From the human T2T-CHM13v2.0 reference genome, Homo sapiens, in the NCBI RefSeq assembly GCF_009914755.1, contig NC_060932.1: a stretch of DNA of 64,000 nt. The stretch is one strand, 5' to 3'. Below the pieces are notes generated by a model that was not told where the DNA came from, did not search any database, and worked only from the letters and a program-made list of their open reading frames with translations. Within the stretch, counting starts at the first letter, position 1. The number at the start of each line of letters is the position of its first letter. Shown here one piece after another: positions 1 through 23,100 of this stretch. Made by a program: the position numbers and the translations under genes.

Positions 1-4430
<4,430 letters not shown>

Positions 4431-7400
4431 AAAGGCTTAACTCTGATAACTGAATCCACACATCACAAAGCAGTTTCACAGATAACTCCCTTATATTTTT
4501 TTATCACGGGACATTTGGTAATTCACTATAGACCTCAGTGGACTCTGAAATGTCCCTTTGCAGATTCTACAAAAGGAGTTTTTCTGAACTGCTGAATGAA
4601 AAGGAAGGTTTACCTCTGTGAACCATATCCACACATCACAAAGCAGTTTCATATATAGCTTCTTTCTAGTTTTTATCACAGGATATTCTGTTCTCCAAGA
4701 GAGGTCTCATTGGGTTGCTATATGTCCCATTGTAGATTCTACAAAAAAGAGTTTCCAGCCTGCTGAATCAAAAGAAATGTTTTCCTCTGTGAACTGAAGC
4801 ACATCACAAAGCAGTTTCCCAGATAGATTATTTCTAGTTTTTATCATGGGATATTCGATTTTTCACTGTAAGCCTTCATGTGCTCCGAAACGACTCTTCT
4901 CAGTTTCTACAAAAGAGGGTTTCCAACCTGCTGAATCAAAAGAAGTTTAATTCTGTGAGCTGAATCCACGCATCACAAATCAGTTTCACAGGTAGCTTCT
5001 TTCATGTTTTTATTGCTGAATATTTGGTTTTTCACTATAGGCCTCAGTGGGCTCCAACATGTCCCTGTGCAGTTTCTACAAAAACATTGTTTCCAACCTA
5101 CTGAATCAAAGGGAAGGTTTTACTCTTTAAGGTAATCCACACCTCACAAGGCAGTATTGCTCATCATTTTCTTCTAGTTTTTATTGTTAGATATTCGGTT
5201 TTTCACTAATAAGTGGGCTCCAAAATGTCCCTTCCCAGATTGTACAAAAAAAGTGTTTCCAACCTGCTGATTCAAAAGAAAAGTTTACCTCCTTGAACTG
5301 AATGCACACAACACAAAGCAGTTTCACATATATCTTCTTACTCATTTTTATCATGGGATATTTGATTTTACACTATGGGTCTCAGTGGACTTCAAAATGT
5401 CTCTTCACAAATTCTTCAAAAAGAGTGTCTCCAACCAGCTGAAACAAAAGAAAGGTGTAGCTTTGTTAATGGAATTGACATATCACAAAGAAGTTTCACA
5501 GATAGTTTCTTTCTAGTTTTTATCTGGGGTTATTTTGTTTTGCATTATGGGGCTCAGTGGGCTCTGAAATATCCCTTGCCATATTCTGCAAAAAGAGTTT
5601 CCAACTTGCTGAATCAATAGAAACGTTTACCTTTGTTAATGGAATCGACATATCACAAAGCAGTTTCACAGATAGTTCTTTCTGTTTTTATCATGCATTA
5701 TTTTGTTTTACATTATAGGCCTCAGTGGGCTCTGAAATATTCCTTGCCATATTCTACAAAAAGAGTTTCCAACTTGCGGAATCAATAGAAACCTTAAAAT
5801 ATGTGAGCTGAATCCAAACATCACAAAGCCGTTTCATAGACAGCATCTTTCTAGTTTTTAATACAGGATAATTGGTTTACCACTATAGGCCTAAGTGGGC
5901 TCTGAAATGTCCCGTTGCTGGTTCTACAAAAAAAGTGTTTCCGACTTGCTTAATCAAAAGATTTAAATGTTTGAGCTGAATCCACATATCACAAAGCAGT
6001 TTCATGGATAGCTTCTTTCTACTTTTTAGCATGGGATATTCTGTTTTTCACTATAGGAATCAAGGGGCTCCAAAACGTTTCTCATAGATTGTACAAAAAG
6101 AGTTTTCCCATCCTGCTGAATCAAAAGAAAGGTTTAACTGTGAGAACTGATTCCCCACATTACATAGAAATTTTAAAGAAAGCTTCTTTCTATTTTTTAT
6201 CACAGGATATTCAGTTTTTCACCAGAGGTCTCACTGGGCTTCTAAATGTCACATCACAGACTCTACAAAAGGAGTGTTTCCAGCCTGCAGAATCAAAAGA
6301 AGTTTTACCTCTGTGAATAGAATCCCACACATCACAAAGCAGTTTCACAGATAGCTTATTTCTAGTTTTTATTGTGGGATATTCAGTTTTCCACTATATG
6401 ACTCAGTGGCTTCCAAAATGTCTTTTCGCAGGTTCTACAAAAAGAGTGTTTCCAACTTGCTGAACCAAATGATAGTTTTAATTCTGTGTGCCAAATCCAT
6501 ACACCACAAAGCAGTTTTGCACATAGGTTTTTTCTAGATTTTATTGTGGGATATTTGGTTTTTCACTATAGTAATCAGTGGGTTTTGAAATGTCATTGCA
6601 CAGATTCTACAAAAAGATTGTTTCCAAACTAGTGAATCAAAAGAAAGCTTTTACTCTTTGAGCTAATCCAAACATAGCAAACCATTTTTGCTCATAACTT
6701 CTTTCTAGTTTTCCTCATGGGATATTCAGTTTTTCAGTATAGTAATAAATGGCCCCCAAAATGTCCCTTCTCAGTTGTACAAAAAAGAGTGTTTCCATCC
6801 TGCTGAATTGAAAGAAAGGCTAAACTCCTTGAACTGAATGCACACATGAAAAAGCAGTTTCACATACATATTCTTACTCGTTTTTATCACAGGATATTTG
6901 TTTTTTCACTGTGGGCCTCAGTGAGTTCTGAAACGTCCCTCCACAGATTCTTCAAAAAGAGTGTTTCCAACAAGCTGAAACAAAAAATAGCAGGTTAACT
7001 TTGTTAACTGAATGGACAAATCACAGAGCAGTTTCACAGATAGCATATTTCTAGTTTTTATCATGGAATATTCATTTTTTCACTATGGGCCTTAGTGGGC
7101 TCTGAAATGTTGCCTCATAAATTCTACAAAAAGAGAGTTTCCATCCTGCTGAATGCAAAGGAAGGTTGAACTCTCTTAGCTTAATCCACACATCACAAAG
7201 CAGCTTCAGAGATAGCTTCTTTCCAGTTTTTATCACAGGATATTCAGTTTTTCACTATAGGCTTCAGTGGACTCTGAAATGACTCTTAGCAGATTCTACC
7301 GAAAGAGTGTTTCCAAAGTGCTGAATCAAGGGAAAGCTTTAAATATGTGAGCTAAATCACTTGTTACAAAGCAGTTTCACAGATAGCTTTTTTCTTGTTT

Positions 7401-10400
7401 TCTCTCACGATGTTTGGTTTTACAAAATAGGCATCATTTTGCTTCAAAATGTCCCTTTGCAGATTTTCCAAAAAAAAAATGCTTGCAAACCTGCTGAATC
7501 AAAAGAAAAATTTAACTGTGTGAGCTGAATGCACACATTGCAAAGCCGTATCACAGATAGCTTCTTTTTAGTTTTTATTGTGGGATATTCAGTTTCTCAC
7601 TATAGGCCTCAGTGGGCTTGGAAATGTCCCATGGCAGATTCTACAAAAAGAGTCTTTCCAACCTGTGGAATCAATAGAAATGTTAAAATATGTGATCTGA
7701 ATCCACACATAACACAGCAGTTTCACAAATAGCATCCTTCTAGTTTTTATTCCAGGATAATTTGTTGATGACTGTAGGCCTAAGTGGGCTCCAAAATGTC
7801 CCTTTGCTAATTTTACAAAAAGAGTGTTTCTAACCTGCTGAATCAAAAGAAAGATTTAACTGTGTGAGCTGAATCCACAGATCACAAAGCATTATCATTG
7901 ATAGCTTCTTTCCAGTTTTCATCATGGGATATTTTGTTTTTCACTTTAGGAATCAATAGGCTCCAAAATGTTTCTTTGTATATGGTACTAAAAGCGTTTT
8001 TCCATCCTGCTGAATCAAAAGAAAAACTTAACTCTGAGAAATGATTCCCCGCATTACAAAGGAGTTTCACAGACAGCTTCTTTCTAGTTTTTATCACAGG
8101 ATATTCAATTTTTCAACAGAGACCTCTTTGAACTCCTAAAAGTCTCATCACAGATTCTACAGAAAGAGAGTTTCTGGCCTCCTGAATCACAAGAAACGTT
8201 TACCTCTGTGAACTGAATGCACATGTCACAAAGCAGTTTCACAGATAGGTTATTTCTAGTTCTTATCATGGAATATTTAGTTTTTCACTATAGGCATCAG
8301 TGGCCTCCAAAATGTCTTTTCACAGATTCTACAAAAAGACTGCTTACAACCTGCTGAATCAAAAGAAACTTTTAATTCTGTGAGTTAAATCTACACATCA
8401 CAAAGCAGTTTCACAGATAGAGTCTTTCTAGTTTTTAGCTCGGGATATTCTGTTTTTCAGTGAAGGCCTCAGAGGGTTCGGAAATGCTCCCTCACAGATT
8501 CTACAAAAAGAGTGTTTCCAACCTATTGAATTGAAAGAAAGGTTTTGCTCTTTGAGGTAATCCACACTTCTCAAAGCATTTTTGCTCATATCTTCTTTCT
8601 AGTTTTCATCTTGGGATTTTCATTTTTCACTATAGTAATCAGTGGGCTCCAATATGTCCCTTTCCAGATTGTATGAAAAGAGTGTTTTCATCCTCCTGAA
8701 TCAAAAGAAAGGTTTAATTCCTTGAACTAAATGCACACATCACAAAGCAGTTTCACATATATCTTCTTACTCGTTTTTGTCACTGGATGTTTTATTTTTC
8801 ACTATGGGTCTCAGTGGACTCTGAAATGCCCCTTTGCAGATTCTTCAAAAAGGGTATTTCCAACCAGCTGAAATGAAAGAAAGGTTTAACTTTGTTAACT
8901 GAATGGACACATCACGAAGCAGTTTCACAAATAGCTTCTTTCTAGTTTTTATCATGGGATTTTTGGTTTTTCACTATAAACATCAGTGGACTCGGAAATG
9001 TCCCTTGGCAGATTCTACAAAAAAAGTGTTTTCAACCTCCTTAATCAATAGGAATGTTAAAATATATAAGGTGAATTCACACATCACAATGCAGTTTCAC
9101 AGAGTGCGTCTTTCTAGTTTTTTATTGTGAGATAATCAGTTTATCACTAAAGGCCTCAGTGGGCTCCAAAATGTCTTTTAGCAGATTTTACAGAAAGGGT
9201 GTTTCCAACCTGCTGAATCAAAAGTTACTATTAATTCTGTCACAAAGCAGCTTCACAGATGGTTTCCTTCTAGTTTTTATCATGGGATATTCGGATTTTC
9301 AATGTAGGTCACAGAGGGCTCAGAAATATCCCTTTGCAGATTCTACAAAAAGAGTGTTTGCAACCTGCTGAATCAAAAGAAATGTCTAGCTCTGTCTGGT
9401 GAATCCATACATTACAAAGTAGGCTCATACAAAGCTTTTTTTTTTTTTTTTTTTTAGATTTTATCGTGGGATATTTGGTTCTTCAGTATAGAAATCAGTT
9501 GGCTCCAAAATGTTTCTAAACAGATTGTAAAAGAAAAGTGTTTCCACGTTGCTGTATCGAGAGAAAGGTTTAAGTGCTTGAGCTGAATGCACACATCACA
9601 AAATAGCTTCACATGTAGCTTCTTTTTTTGTTTTCATTGTGGGATACTTAGTTTTTCACTGCAGGCCACAGTGGGCTCTCAAATGTCCCATTGCATGTTC
9701 TACAAAAAGAGAGTTGCCAACCTGCTGCATGAAAAGAAAAGTTTAACTCTGAGAACTAAGCTGCATGAAAAGAAAAGTTTAACTCTGAGAACTAATTCCC
9801 CACATCAAAAAGCAGTTTCATAGATATCTTATTTATTGTTTTCATCACGTGATATTTTTTTTTTCACTATAGGCCTCAGTTGGCTCCCAATTGTCTCATC
9901 ACACATTGTACAAAAAGAGTGTTTTCAACCTGCTGCACGAAAAGGAAGCCTTACTTCTGAGAACCAAATCCACACATCACAACCAGTTTCACAGACAGCT
10001 TCTTAGTAGTTTTTTCATGGGATATATGGTTTTTTACTATAGGCCTCAGTGGGCTGTGAACTGTTCCTTCTCAGAATCTACAAAAAGAGTGTTTCCAGGC
10101 TGCTGAATCAAAAGAAAGTTTTGCCTCCATGAACTGAATGCACACATCACCAAGCAGTTTCACAAATAGGCTCTTTCTAGTTTTTATCATGGGATATTCA
10201 GTTTTTCACTATAGGCCTCAGTGGGCTCCAAAATGTCCCTTCACAGATTCTATAAAAAGAGTGTTTTTAACCTGCTGAATCAAAATAAAGGTTTAAGTCT
10301 GTGAACTGGATGAACATATAATAAAACAGTTTGACAGATAGCTTCTTTCTAGAATTTGTCATAGGATATTAGGTTTTATGCTATGGGTCACAGTGGGCTC

Positions 10401-12856
10401 TGAAATATCTATTAGCAGTTCTACAAAAAGTGGGTTTCCAACCTGCTGAATCAAAATAAATGTTTAACTCTGTCAGCTGAATGCAAACATCCCAAGCAGT
10501 TTCACAGATAGATTCTTTCTAGTTTTTATTGTGGGATATTTTGTATTTCAATATACGCCCTAGTGGGCTTTGAAATGTCCTTTCCAAGATTCTACAAAAA
10601 AAGTGTTTCCAGCCTGCTGAATCAAAAGAAAGTTTTAAATCTGCAGTATGGGTCCACAATCACAAAGCAGTTTCACATAGTTTCTTTTTATTTTTTATCA
10701 TGAGATATTCAGTTTTTCACTGTAGGTCCAGTGGGCTTTGAACTGTCACTTGGTAGATACTAAATAAAAGAGTATTTCCAACCTGCAGAATCAACGGAAA
10801 TGTTAAACTCTGTTAGATGAATACATATATCACAAAGCAGTTTCACAGACAGCTTCTTTCTAGTTGTTATCATGGGATATTCTATTTTTCAATATAGGCT
10901 TCAGTGGGCTCTGAAATGTCTCTTTGAAGATCCTACAAAAAGGGTGTTTAAACCTGGTGAATCAAAAGAATGTTTTAACTCTGTGAGCTGAATCCACACA
11001 TCACAAAGCAGTTTCCCAGAGGCCTTCTTTCTAGTTTTTACTGCAAGATATTCAGTGTCTTTACTATAGGCCTCAAAGCACTCTGAAATGTCCCTTTGCA
11101 GATTTTACAAAAGAGTGTTTGCAAAAAACTGAATCAAAAATTAAGTTTACCTATCTGTACTGAATGCAAATATCAAAAAGTGGTTTTACAGAGAGTTTCT
11201 TTCTAGTTTTCATCACAGGATACTCTCTTTTTCACTACAGGCCTCACTACACTCCAATTTGTTCCTTCACAGATTCTACAAAAAGTGTTTTTCCAACATG
11301 CTGAATAAATAGAAAGGTTTAACTTTGTGAGATGAATCCAGACATCACAAAGAAGTTTCACAGAAGCCTATTTCTAGTTTTTATACTGGGATATTTGGTT
11401 TTTCACAAGGTCTAAGTACACTCAGAAACGTCCCTTTGCAGATTCTATGAAAGAGTGTGTCCAACCTGCTCAATCAAAACAAAGTTTTAACTCTGTGAGC
11501 TGTATCTGCACATCACAAAGAAGTTTCAGAGATAGCTATTTTCTAGTTTTTATCAGAGGTTATTTGATTTTTAACTTTAGGCCTCAAAGCACTCTGAAAT
11601 GTCCCTTCACAGATTCTACAAAAGAGTGTTTCCAAACTGCTGAATCAAAAGAAGTTTAACTCTGTGAGCTGAATCCACAAATCACAAAGCAGGTTCCAAG
11701 ATAGATTATTTCTAGTTTTTACCATGGGATATTCTGTTTTTCACTATAGGCCTCAAAGCACTCTGAAATGTCCCTTTGCAGATTCTACAAAATGAATGTT
11801 TCCAAACAGCTGAATGAAAAGTAAGTTTTAACTCTCTGAACCGAATGCACATGGCACAAAGCAGTTTCACAGATAGCTTTTTTCTAGTTTTTACCACAAG
11901 ATATTCAGTTTTTAACTATAGACCTCAAAGTGCTCTGAAATGTCCCTTTGCAGATTCTACAAAAGAGTGTTTATAAACAGCTGAATCAAAGTAAAGTTTA
12001 CCTATCTGTACTGAATGCAAACTTTGCAAAGCAGTTTCACAGATAGTTTCTTTCTAGTTTTCTTCACAAAATAGTCTTTTTTTCACTGTAGGCCTCACTG
12101 TGCTCCAAAATATTCCTCCACAGTTTCCACAAAAAGAGTGATTCCAACTTTCTGAATAAATAGAAAGGTTCAACTCTGTGAGATGAATCCATAGATCACA
12201 AAGCAGTTTCACAGATAGCTTCTTCTTAGTTTTTATTGTGGGATATTCCGTTTCTCACTATTAACCTCAATGTGCTCCAAAATGGCCCATTGCAGATTTT
12301 ATAAAAACACTGTTGCAAAACTGGTGATTCAAAGGAAAGGTTTAACACTGTGAGCTGAATCCACACATCATGAAGTGGTTTCAGATAGCTTGTTTCTATT
12401 TTCTATCAGGGGATATTTGGCTTTTAACTATAGACCTCACTGTGCTTCAAAATGTCCCTTTGCAGATTCTACAAAAAGTGTTTTTCTAAACTCCTGAATC
12501 AAAACAAAGCTTTAACTCTGTGAGCTGTATCCACAAATCACAAAGCAGTTTCACAGATAGCTCCTTTCTAGTTTTTATCATGGGATATTCTGTTTTTCAC
12601 TATAGGCCTCAATGTGCTCTGAAATGTCTATTTGCAGAATCTCCAAAAACAGTGTTCTGAAGCTACTGAATTAAAGTAAGGTTTAACTCTGTGTACTGAA
12701 TACATACATCACAAAATGATTTCACAGAAGGTTTCTTTCTAGTTTGTATCATAGGATATTCGTTTTTTTACTATAGGTCTCAAAGTGCTCTGAAACGTCC
12801 CTTTGCAGATTCAACAAAAGAGGGTTTCCAACTTGCTGAATCAAAAAAAAGTTTAG
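4431..12856 (-). repeat. Monomeric alpha satellite
   Basis: Same ~171 bp units. The monomer type shifts at ~11.05 kb from CTCAGTGGGCTC to CTCAAAGCACTC/CTCACTGTGCTC variants. Confidence 0.97.
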
Positions 12857-13149
12857 GGCTGAGTGTGGTGGCTCATGCCTCTAATCCCAGCACTTTGGGA
12901 GGCCAATGACTGTGGATCACGAGGTCACGAGATTGAGACCATACTGGCTAACGTGGTGAAACCCCATCTCTACTAAAAAATACAAAAAAAGTAGCCAGGT
13001 GTGGTGGCAGGTATCTGTAGTCCCAGCTGCTCAGGAGGCTGAGGCAGGAGAATGGTGTGAACTCAGGAGGAGGAGCTTGCAGTAAGCCAAGATCATGCCA
13101 CTGCATGCCAACCTGGGCAACAGAGCAAGACTCCATCAAAAAAAAAAAA
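12857..13149 (+). mobile_element. Alu, AluY-like, full length
   Basis: GGCTGAGTGTGGTGGCTCATGCC...TACTAAAAAATACAAAA linker...GAATGGTGTGAAC...GGAGCTTGCAGT (Y diagnostics)...poly(A). The TSD is degenerate. Confidence 0.93.
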
Positions 13150-16100
13150 CAACTTTCAACTTTGTGACCTGAATCCACACATCACAAGCCATTTCACAGA
13201 TAGCTTTTTTCTAGTTGTTATGGAGGGATATTCTTTTTTTACTATAGGCCTCACTGAGCTCTGAAATGTCCCTTTACAGATTATATTAAAAAAAGTGTTT
13301 CCAAACTCCTGAATCAAAAGAAAGACTTAACTCTGTGAGTGGAATACACACATCAAAAAGAGTTTCACAGATAGCTTGTTTCTAGTTTTCATCATGGAAT
13401 ATTCAGATTCTCACTACAGGCCTCACTGTGCTCTGAAATGTCCCTACACAGATTCTACAAAAAGAGTGTTCCCAACTGCTGAATCATAAGAAAAGTTTAA
13501 CTCTGTGAGCTGAATCCAAACAACATGAAGCAGTTTCACAGATAACTTCTTTCTAGTTTTTAAGGCAGGATATTTGTTTTTTTTACTATAGGCCTCAGTG
13601 CCTTCTGAAAAGTCCCTACACAGATTCTCCAAAAATGTGTTTCCAAACTGCTGAATCAAAAGTGAGGTTTACCTCTCTGAGATGAATGCACACATCACAA
13701 AGTAGTTTCACAATTAGCTTTTTTCTAGTTTTTATCACAGGATATTTGATTTTTCACTCTAGATCTCACAGCATTCCAAAGTGTCCCTTTGAAGGTTCTC
13801 CAAAAAGATTGATTCCAAACTGCTGAATCAAGAGAAATCTTGAACTCTGTGAGTTGAATATACACATCCTAGAGTAGTTTCATGGATAGCTTCTTTCTAG
13901 TTTTTACCACATGATATTCGGCTTTTTACTATAGGTCTCAAAGCACTCTGAAATGTCCCTATGTATATTCTACAAAAAGAGTGTTTCCAAACAGCTGAAT
14001 CATAATAAGGTTTAATTCTCTGAACTGAATGCACACGTCACAAAGCAGTTTCACAAATAGCTTCTTTCTAGTTTTTATCATGCGATATTAAGTTTTTCAC
14101 TATAGGTGTCATTGAGCTCTGAAATGCCCCTTGTAGAAACTACAAAAAGAGGGTTTCCAAACTGCTGAATCAAAAAGTAAAGGTTTAACTCTGTGGGGCT
14201 GAATCCACACATCACAAAGCAGTTTCCAAGATAGCTTCTTTCTAGTTTTTACAAGGAGACATTCAGTTTTATACTATAAGTCTCAAAGCGCTCTGAAATG
14301 TACCTTCGCAGATTCTACAAAAAGAGTGTTTCCAAACAGCTGAATCAAAAGTAAGATTTAACTCTCTGAACTGAATGCACACATTGCAAAGCAGTTTCAC
14401 AGATAGCTTCATTCTAGTTTTTACTACGTGATATTCGGTTTTTCACTGTAGGCCTCAAAGGACTTTGTAATCCCCCTTTGTAAGTTCTACTAAAATTCTG
14501 TTTCCAAACGGTGGAATCAAAAGAAAGATTAAACTCTATGAGTTGAATCCACATATTATAAAGCAGTTTCACAGATATCTTCTTTCTAGTAGCTTTTGCT
14601 GGATATCGTTTTTTGGTTTAGGCCTCAGTGGGCTCTGAATAGTCCCTTTGCAGATTATACAAAGTGAGTGTTTTCAACCTGGTGAATTAAAATATAAATT
14701 TACCTCTGTGAACTGAATGTACACATTACAAACCAGTTTAACAGATAGCATCTTTTTAATTTTTATTGCCAGATATTTGATTTTTCACTATAGGCCTCAG
14801 TGAGTTCTGAAATGTCCCTTTGTGGATTCTACAAAAAGAGTGTTTCCTACCTCCTGAATCAAGAGAAACCTTTAACTCTGAGCTGAATACACACATCAAA
14901 AAGCAGTTTCACAGAAAGCTTCTTTCTAGTTTTTATCACAGGATAGTCTGTATTTCACTACAGGCCTCACTGCACTTTGAAATGTCCCTTCACAGATTCT
15001 ACAAAGAATGTGTTTTCAACCTGCAGAATCAAAACATAGGCTTATCTCTGTAAGCTGAATGTACACATCACAAAGCAGTTTTACAGATAGCTTCTTTGTA
15101 GTTTTTAATCGTGGGATATTCATTTTTTCACTATGGAGACCCCAGTGTACTCTGGAATGTTCCTTTACAGACTTTACAAAAAGAGTGTTTCCAAACATCT
15201 TAATAAAACCTACGTTTTAACTCTGTGAACTGAATGTACACATCACAAAGCAGTTTCCCAGAGAGCCTCTTTCTAGTTTTTAACATGGGATATACAATTT
15301 TTTCCTATATGCCTCAAAGCACTCCAAAATGTCCCCTTGCAGATTCTACAAAAAGAGTGTTTCTCAACAGGTGAAATAATGTAAGGTTTAACTCTGTGAG
15401 CTGAATCCACAGATCAGTAAGCAGTTTCACTCATACCTTCTCTCTAGTTTTTATCATGGGACATTCTGTTTTTACACTATAAGCTTCACAGCATTTCAAA
15501 ATGTCTATTGGCAGATTCTACAAAAAAAGTTTCTAACCTGCTTAATCAAAAGAAAGATTTGACTCTGTGAAGCTGAATCTATACATCACAAAGCAGTGTC
15601 ACAGACAGCTTCTTTCTAGTTTTCATCATAGCATATTCGGTTTGTCATTATATACCTCAAAATGCTCCAAAATTCCCCTTCAATGATTCTACAAAAAGAA
15701 TGTTTCCAAACTGCTGAATCAAAACTATGGTTTAGCTCTCTGAGCTGAATCCATGTATCACAAAGCAGTTTCAAAAATAGCTCCTCTCTAGTTTTTATCG
15801 CAGGATATTTTGTTCTTCACTATAGGCCTCAGTGCACTCCAAAACGTCCCTTCACAGATTCTACAAGAGTTTTTACAACCAGTTGTATCCAAACAAAGGT
15901 TTAACTCTGTGAGCTGAATCCACTCATTGCAAAGCAGTTTCACAGACAGCTTCTGTCTAGTGTTTATCTCGGGATATTCAACTTTTCACCATAGGCCTCA
16001 TTACACTCTGAAGTGTCCCTTTGCAGATCTACAAAGGAGTGTTTTCAAACTACTGAATAAAAAAAAAAAAGTTTAACTCTGTGAGCTGAATCTATACATC

Positions 16101-17931
16101 ACAAAGCAGGTGTCCAGATAGCTTCTTACTAGTTTTTACCACAGGATATTCAGTTTTTCACTATAGACCTCACTGCGTTCCAAAACATCTCTTCAGAGAT
16201 TCTACAAAAAGAATGTTTCCAAACTGCTGAATTAAAAGAAATGTTTAACTCTGTGAGCTGAATCAACACATCACAAGCAGTTTTTCAGATGGCTTCTTTC
16301 TAGTTTTTACCAGAGGATGTTCTGTTTTTTACTGTAGGCTTCAAAGTGCTCTGAAATGTCCCTTTGCAGATACTGAAAAAAAGAGTGTTTCCAAACAGCT
16401 GAATCAAAAGTAAAGTTTAACTCTGTGTGCTGAATGCACACATCACAAATCAGTCTCATAGATAGCTTCTTTCTAGTTTTTATCATAGGATATTCAGTTT
16501 TTCACTATGGGCCCCCACAGGCTCTGAAATGTCACTTTGCACATACTAAAAAAAGAGTGTTTCCAACCTGCTTAATCAATAGAAACATTAAAGTCTTTTA
16601 GCTGAATCCTCACATCACAAAGCAGTTCACAGATGGCTTTCTCCTTTTTATTGCAGAATATTTGATTTTTTACTATAGCCCTCAGTGGCTGCCAAAATGT
16701 CTTTTCACAGATTCTACAAAAAATGTTCTACCAACCTACTGAATTAATACAAAGTTTTAACTCTGTGAGCTGAATGCAAACATCACAAAGAAGTTTCTCA
16801 GACAGATTCTTTGTAGTTTTTATCAAGGAATGTCTGGTTTTATACCAAGGCCCCAGTGTGCCCTGAAATTTCTCTTTGCAGATTCTACAAAAAGAGGGTT
16901 TCCAGCCTGTTGAATCAAAAAAAAAAATTGAACTTTGTGAGCTGAATGCGAATATCACAAATATTTTAACAGATAGCTGCTTTATAGTTTTTATTGTGAG
17001 ATATTTTATTTTTTACTATATGCCTCAGTGGGCTCTGAAATATCCCTTCACAGATTCTACAAAAAGAGTGTTTCCAACCTGCTGAATCAAAGGAAAGGCT
17101 TATTTCTGTGGGCTGAATGCAAACATCACAAAAGTTTCACAGATACCTTCTTTCTACTTTTTATCTTGGGGTATTTGATTCATCACTATGGGCCCAAGTG
17201 GGCTCCTAAAAGTCTCTTCACAGATTCTACAAAAAGAATGTTTCTAATCTACTGATTTAAAAGAAAGGTTTACCTCTGTGAATGGAATCCACATATCACA
17301 AAGCAGTTTCTCAGACAACTTCTTTGTTGTGTTACTGTGGGATAGTCTGTTTTACACTATAGGCCTCAGTGGGCTTTGAAACGTCCCTTCGCAGATTCTA
17401 TAAAAAGAGTGTTTCCAACTTGTTGAATCAAAATAAAGGTTTAACTCTGTGAGTTGAATTAACACAACACAAAGGAGTTTCACAGTTAGCTTCTTTCTAG
17501 TTTTTATCATGGGATATTTGAATTTTCACCATAGGCCTCAGTGGGCTCCAAAATGTTCCTCTGTATATTCTACAAAAATAGTGTTTCCAACCTGCTGAAT
17601 CAAAGGAAATGTTTACCTCTGTGAGCTGAATGCAAAGATCACAAAGCAATTTCAAAGATAGCTCTTTCTAGGTTTTATTCCAGGATATTCGGTTTTTCAC
17701 TTTAGACCTCAGTGGGATTTGAAATATCCCTTCACTAATCCTACAGAAAGAGTGTTTCAGATCTTCTGAATTAAAAGAAAGCTTTAACTCTGAGAGCTGA
17801 ATGCTCACATCACAAAGCATTTTCACAGATAACTTTTTTTTAGTTTTCATCACTGGTTGTTTTGTTTCTCACTGTGGGCCTCAGTGGGCTCTTGCATGTT
17901 CCTTCACAGATTCTACAAAAAGAGTGTTTCC
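13150..17931 (-). repeat. Monomeric alpha satellite
   Basis: ~171 bp alphoid units. They return to mostly CTCAGTGGGCT-type monomers after ~16.5 kb. Confidence 0.97.

Positions 17932-23100
<5,169 letters not shown>

Noticed and set aside
12948-13178. Alu-derived ORFs (also 17857-18305)
   Set aside because: These are typical Alu translations with no exon or gene context.
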